DNA from: Steroidobacteraceae bacterium
GTDB lineage: Bacteria; Pseudomonadota; Gammaproteobacteria; Steroidobacterales; Steroidobacteraceae
DNA: 64,000 nucleotides
Direction of reading: 5' to 3'
NCBI GenBank assembly: GCA_036270915.1
Contig: DATBBQ010000077.1
Coordinates: 30,881-94,880, forward strand
Position numbers and translations under genes: made by a program. This document shows, piece after piece, positions 59,110 to 64,000 of this stretch; positions within the stretch are counted from its first letter, which is position 1; each line of letters begins with the position of its first letter. The notes beneath the pieces were generated by a model that saw only the letters and a program-made list of their open reading frames with translations, did no database searches and had not been told where the DNA came from.

Positions 59110-61914
59110 TCAGCTCTCATCTGCCATCGCCGCACCCCAGAGCGCCGTGACCGCCGCGCGCGGCACGGCAAACTCCGCCGCCTCGACGAGCGGCTCCGCG
59201 CCGGCGAGCCAGAGGTGGTGGGTGCGCTCGCGGTACAGGCGGTACGCTCCGGTGAGCACGTCGACGCTCGCCTGGGGAACGAGGTCCGCCGAGGCCACCG
59301 ACTCGAGCTGGCGGATGGTATCGGAGAAGAGCGCGACCGGCGGGTAGTCGTGCGCCCACTTCAGCGCCCAGTATTGGGCGAGGAACTCGATGTCGGCGAT
59401 GCCGCCGGGATCCTGCTTGATGTCGAAGTGCCCGGCGTCGCCGCGGGAGAGCTCGCGGCGCATGCGCTCGCGCATGGCGCGCACCTCGCTGCGCAGCGTC
59501 GCGCGGCGCACGTGGTTGGCGAGCACGTCGAGGCGCACCGCCTCAAAGCGCTCGCGCAGCGCAGGCGAGCCGGCCACGGCGCGCGCGTGCAGCAGCGCCT
59601 GGTGCTCCCACGTCCAGGCCTCCTCGCGCTGGTACTGCGCGAAGGACTCGATGTTCGTCACCAGGAAGCCACCCTTGCCGCTCGGGCGCAGCCGCACGTC
59701 CACCTCGTAGAGCCGGCCGGCCGCCGAGTGCACCGTCAAGAGGTGCACGATGCGCTGCGCCAGGCGCACGAAGAACAGCTGGTTGGGGATAGGCTTCGAG
59801 CCGCTCGTCTCCTGGTGCTCCCCGTGCGAGTCGTGCAGGAATACCAGATCCAGGTCCGAGGAGTAGCCGAGCTCCATGCCGCCGAGCTTGCCGTAGCCGA
59901 CCGCACAGATCGCCACGGAGCGAGGCCCGCCCTCCCCGCTGCAGGTCGGGACCCCGAACTGCGCGGTGATCTGCCGCCAGGCGAAGTGCATGGCGCGCTC
60001 GATGATGAGCTCGGCGATGTCGGTGAGCCGGTCGGACACCCGCATGAGCGGCAGCGCCCCGGTGAGATCCGCGACCGCGACCCGGAACAGTGCCGCGCGC
60101 TGGAACTGCCGCAGCGCCTCGACCTGCTGCTCCGGGTCGTCCTCGGAGAGCTGCGCGAGGCGGGTCTCGAGGTCGCGCGCGAGCGCGGCCCGCTCGGGCA
60201 GCTCCGAGAGCAGCCGCTCGTCGATCAGCTCATCGAGCAGCAGCGGGTGCGCGGCGATCTGCGCGCTCAGGAAGTCCCCGTGCCGGCACAGCTCGACGAG
60301 GCGCCGTCGTGCGGCGACGTTCTCGCGCAGCAGCGCGAAATAGGCGGAACGCTGCCCGATGGCCTCGATGATCGCGAGCACGCGCCGCAGCACCGGCAGC
60401 TGCGCGCTGCTCGCGGCGACGTCGGCCAGCAGCGGCGGCAGCAGCGCCTGCAGACGCCGCCGCCCCGGCTCATCGAGGCGCCGCACGAGGGAGGAGCCGC
60501 GCAGCTCGAGCAGCAGGCGCGCCACCTCCTGGCTGTCCGTAAAGCCGGCACGCGCGAGCGAGTCGGCGAGCGCGGCGGTCTCGGCCTGCGTGTCCCAGAA
60601 GCGCCCGAGGTCGATGCGCACCGAGGCCTGGTCGGCGTCACTCGCGCCGAAGATGACGGCGCGGAAGTGACCGCTCACCCGGGCACGGTGCGCGTCGAGC
60701 TCCTGAAGCAGCGTCGCGAAGTCGCACGCGCCCATGGCGAGTGCGACGCGCTCTCGGGTGAGCGCGTCCGCCGGCAGCTGGTGCGTCTGCGCGTCGCCGA
60801 GCATCTGCAGGCGGTTCTCGAGACGGCGCAGGTACGCGTAGGCGGCGCCGAGCTCGCGCACGGCGGCCTCCGGCAGCAGCCGGGCCGCCCCAAGCTGCGC
60901 GAGCGCGTCGCGGAGCGACGCGGTGCGCAGGCGGGTGTCGCGTCCGCCGCGGGTCAGCTGCAGCGCCTGCACGATGAACTCGATCTCGCGGATGCCTCCC
61001 GGGCCGAGCTTGACGTGATCGGCGAGCTCGCGCCGCTCGACCTCGCGCTGGATGAGGGCCTTCATCTCCCGCAGGCTCTCGAAGACGCCGTAATCGAGGT
61101 AGCGACGGTAGACGAAGGGCCGCACCGCCGCGGCGTCGATCTCCGCGTAGCGCGCAACCGCGGTCACCGGGCGCGCTTTGACGTACGCGTAGCGCTCCCA
61201 GTCGCGGCCGTGGCGCAGCAGGTAGTCCTCGAAGGAGGCAAAGCTCGCCACCAGCGGCCCTGAGTCCCCGAAGGGCCGCAGGCGCAGATCGACGCGTAGC
61301 ACGAATCCCTCGACCGTGGGGGTACCGAGCAGACGCACGAGGGCCTGGCCGAGGCGCGTGAAGAACTCTTCGTTGGCGATGGCGCGCGCGCCGTCGGTCT
61401 CGCCGTGCTCCGGGAAGAGCAGCACCAGGTCGACGTCGGAGGAGAAGTTGAGCTCCCCGCCGCCGAGCTTGCCCATGCCGATGACGAGCAGCGGCTGCGC
61501 CTCCCCGGACGGAGAGCGCGGCTCCCCGTAACGCGCGACGAGGCCCGCGCGCGCGTGCGCGAGCGCGGCCGCGATGGCCGCATCCGCGAAGGCGGTGAGC
61601 TCGGCGAGCGTCTCGCCGAGGTCCGCAAGGCCTGCGAGGTCGCGCCAGGCGATGCGCACGTACTCGCGCCGCCGCCAGTTGCGCAGCCACGCCTGCACGA
61701 GTGCCTCGCTGCCGGCGGCCTCGGCAGGCAGCGCCGCCGCGCGCCGCGCGAACTCCCCGGCGGGCAGCGGGCGCTCGAGATCGCCGCTGTGAAGGAGCGT
61801 GGCCAGCAGGTGCGGGTCGCGGCTGAGGGACTGGGCGAGGAAGTCGCTCGAGGCGATGAGGCGCGGCAGCAGGTCGCGCACGCCCGCCGGGGCGGCGCAG
61901 AGCGCCGCGCGCAC
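59110..61914 (-). CDS. glnE: bifunctional glutamine synthetase adenylyltransferase/adenylyl-removing enzyme
   Basis: 934 aa with two nucleotidyltransferase repeats (GMGKLGGGELNFSSDVDLV and GYGKLGGMELGYSSDLDLV). Confidence 0.95.
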   Translation of the reverse strand: MRAALCAAPAGVRDLLPRLIASSDFLAQSLSRDPHLLATLLHSGDLERPLPAGEFARRAAALPAEAAGSEALVQAWLRNWRRREYVRIAWRDLAGLADLGETLAELTAFADAAIAAALAHARAGLVARYGEPRSPSGEAQPLLVIGMGKLGGGELNFSSDVDLVLLFPEHGETDGARAIANEEFFTRLGQALVRLLGTPTVEGFVLRVDLRLRPFGDSGPLVASFASFEDYLLRHGRDWERYAYVKARPVTAVARYAEIDAAAVRPFVYRRYLDYGVFESLREMKALIQREVERRELADHVKLGPGGIREIEFIVQALQLTRGGRDTRLRTASLRDALAQLGAARLLPEAAVRELGAAYAYLRRLENRLQMLGDAQTHQLPADALTRERVALAMGACDFATLLQELDAHRARVSGHFRAVIFGASDADQASVRIDLGRFWDTQAETAALADSLARAGFTDSQEVARLLLELRGSSLVRRLDEPGRRRLQALLPPLLADVAASSAQLPVLRRVLAIIEAIGQRSAYFALLRENVAARRRLVELCRHGDFLSAQIAAHPLLLDELIDERLLSELPERAALARDLETRLAQLSEDDPEQQVEALRQFQRAALFRVAVADLTGALPLMRVSDRLTDIAELIIERAMHFAWRQITAQFGVPTCSGEGGPRSVAICAVGYGKLGGMELGYSSDLDLVFLHDSHGEHQETSGSKPIPNQLFFVRLAQRIVHLLTVHSAAGRLYEVDVRLRPSGKGGFLVTNIESFAQYQREEAWTWEHQALLHARAVAGSPALRERFEAVRLDVLANHVRRATLRSEVRAMRERMRRELSRGDAGHFDIKQDPGGIADIEFLAQYWALKWAHDYPPVALFSDTIRQLESVASADLVPQASVDVLTGAYRLYRERTHHLWLAGAEPLVEAAEFAVPRAAVTALWGAAMADES

Positions 61915-61991
61915 CGCGTCCTGCGCCCCGAGCGCTTCGAGGGCGCGCGCGATGAGATCCGTGAGCTCCTGGCTGATCCCGCGCGGCGGGC

Positions 61992-62936
61992 TCAGTTCCA
62001 GATGTTGCCTCCGAGGTCGTGGAACGAGGCGCTGTCGAGCTGGCGGTTCATGCCGGTGAAGTGCGAGCCGGCGGCATAAACCTGGGCGCCGTCGGAGGCG
62101 TCGATCGAAGCCGTGTTGCCCTCGATCGAGCTGTTGTCGATGTGCACGTTCGCCGCCCGCGCCTGCACGCCGATGCCGGTGGCGGTGATGTGACTGTTGG
62201 TGATGTGGATCTCGCAGCCGTCCTCGGCGCTCACCGCGTCGCCGTCGAACTGCAGGTTGCGGTTGTCGATCTGTAGCAAGCGCGAGCCCTGGCAGACAAT
62301 CGGCTCGTGGCGCCGCTCGAGCGCGGCGCTCGTCACGCTGGGATCGCGCGTGCGCTGCGCGGCGGCCGGCGCGCCGGCGACGGACTGCATGCTGTAACCG
62401 GGGCCGCTCTCGGAGAGCTTGCCGCTCCCGAGCCTGCTCGCACCGGCGCCGCCCGCGGCCGCCTTGATGCTGTAGCCGGGACCGGCGCTGAGCACGCGCC
62501 CGCCGGGCTGCTCCAGCTGCGGCGCACCGCCGGACCCTTCCGTGGCGACGACGCGCGAGGAGTCAGGCGTCGCTGCGTCGCCGTCGGCACTCGCCCGCTC
62601 CCCGGGCGTCGCGCTCGCCGTCACGGGCGCAGGCTCGGTCGCCGCGCTCGCTGGTGCGGCTGCCGCGCTCGCGAGCGTGGCGGCCGGGGCAGAGGCGACT
62701 CCCGCGGGCACCGCGACGAGTTCATCGACGCGCACCTTGATGAGTTCCTTGGAGTCCTTCACCCGCACGGTGAAGGTGCGGCTCTCCTGGTCGGCCGTCA
62801 CGATCTCCACGTCTTTGTTGCGCTCGAGCGCCGCACGGGCCCAACTCATCTGATCCTGACCGTCGCGCCCACACGCGGCGAGTGTCAGCAGCGCCAGTAA
62901 TGCAGCGCCTGTCATGCCGCCGCGCAGAGTAGCCAT
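61992..62936 (-). CDS. hypothetical lipoprotein with an Ala/Pro-rich linker, GPGYS repeats and a beta-helix-like C-terminus
   Basis: ATG 62936 is preceded by a GGAGG Shine-Dalgarno. Lipobox LLTLAAC. I recognise no family. Confidence 0.6.
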   Translation of the reverse strand: MATLRGGMTGAALLALLTLAACGRDGQDQMSWARAALERNKDVEIVTADQESRTFTVRVKDSKELIKVRVDELVAVPAGVASAPAATLASAAAAPASAATEPAPVTASATPGERASADGDAATPDSSRVVATEGSGGAPQLEQPGGRVLSAGPGYSIKAAAGGAGASRLGSGKLSESGPGYSMQSVAGAPAAAQRTRDPSVTSAALERRHEPIVCQGSRLLQIDNRNLQFDGDAVSAEDGCEIHITNSHITATGIGVQARAANVHIDNSSIEGNTASIDASDGAQVYAAGSHFTGMNRQLDSASFHDLGGNIWN

Positions 62937-63031
62937 GGTGAGCCTCCTTAATGAGGAGACGATAAACCTGCGCGTGGGCAACCGGAAGTAGGCAGGAGAT
63001 GACGCGAGCACCGCGCTGTTAAATGGCGGTG

Positions 63032-63061
63032 AAAAAAAACAGGCCCCGGTGAGGGGGCCTG
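63032..63061 (-). terminator. Rho-independent terminator (minus strand), about 140 nt downstream of the groEL stop
   Basis: On the minus strand: CAGGCCCC-CTCACC-GGGGCCTG followed by 8 T (plus-strand A-run 63032-63039). Confidence 0.75.
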
Positions 63062-63200
63062 CGAGGAATGCGCGGAATAGGGGGTCTTGTTCCGCGACTT
63101 TCGGGGTGGTGGCCGGCTGTGAGCCGGCCCCGCACCCTTAACTGTTATGTAAAGACTAGCCGTTGTTCTTGAGCGAATCGATACCTCTTTAGAGAGGGTC

Positions 63201-64000
<800 letters not shown>

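Overview
This is a very GC-rich window (about two-thirds to 70% G+C by eye, not computed), densely coding, and it looks like core proteobacterial chromosome. The gene content and order suggest a gammaproteobacterium of the Xanthomonadales/Nevskiales type, but that is inference only. I support about 57 protein-coding genes and a few hairpin terminators. I found no rRNA, tRNA, CRISPR array, transposase, integrase or phage gene.

Recognisable blocks, in order:
- 1-8.6 kb: a TonB-dependent receptor surrounded by predicted hydroxylase and sulfotransferase genes.
- 8.6-14.7 kb: thioredoxin-like protein, M19 dipeptidase, zwf-gnd, and murA-ibaG.
- 14.7-21.1 kb: kdsD-kdsC-lptC-lptA-lptB-rpoN-hpf-rapZ.
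- 21.2-32.7 kb: one long minus-strand run, tkt-gap-pgk-pyk-penicillin-acylase-family gene, then MoxR-VWA-patatin.
- 33-36 kb: a small Rap1a-like secreted protein, cpdA, a TraB/GumN gene and a CPBP protease.
- 36-42.5 kb: rmlA-C-D-B plus DUF707, GT4 and GT2 envelope genes.
- 42.4-50.4 kb: Lon-N domain protein, mpl, rnd, adk, a PPi-type PFK and an H+-pyrophosphatase.
- 50.5-64 kb: a PAS-GGDEF-EAL protein, tolC, waaA-kdkA, GT9-DUF6165, glnE, a lipoprotein, and the 3' end of groEL.

Nothing here is a clear-cut novel system. The least explained parts are:
- the receptor-linked modification cluster with a small secreted protein translationally coupled to a TPR-Asp/Asn-hydroxylase;
- the tightly spaced MoxR-VWA-patatin operon;
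- an orphan Rap1a/Tai4-like gene;
- an adenylate kinase with a histone-H1-like basic tail.

All family assignments rest on motif recognition by eye from the supplied translations. No searches or computations were run.
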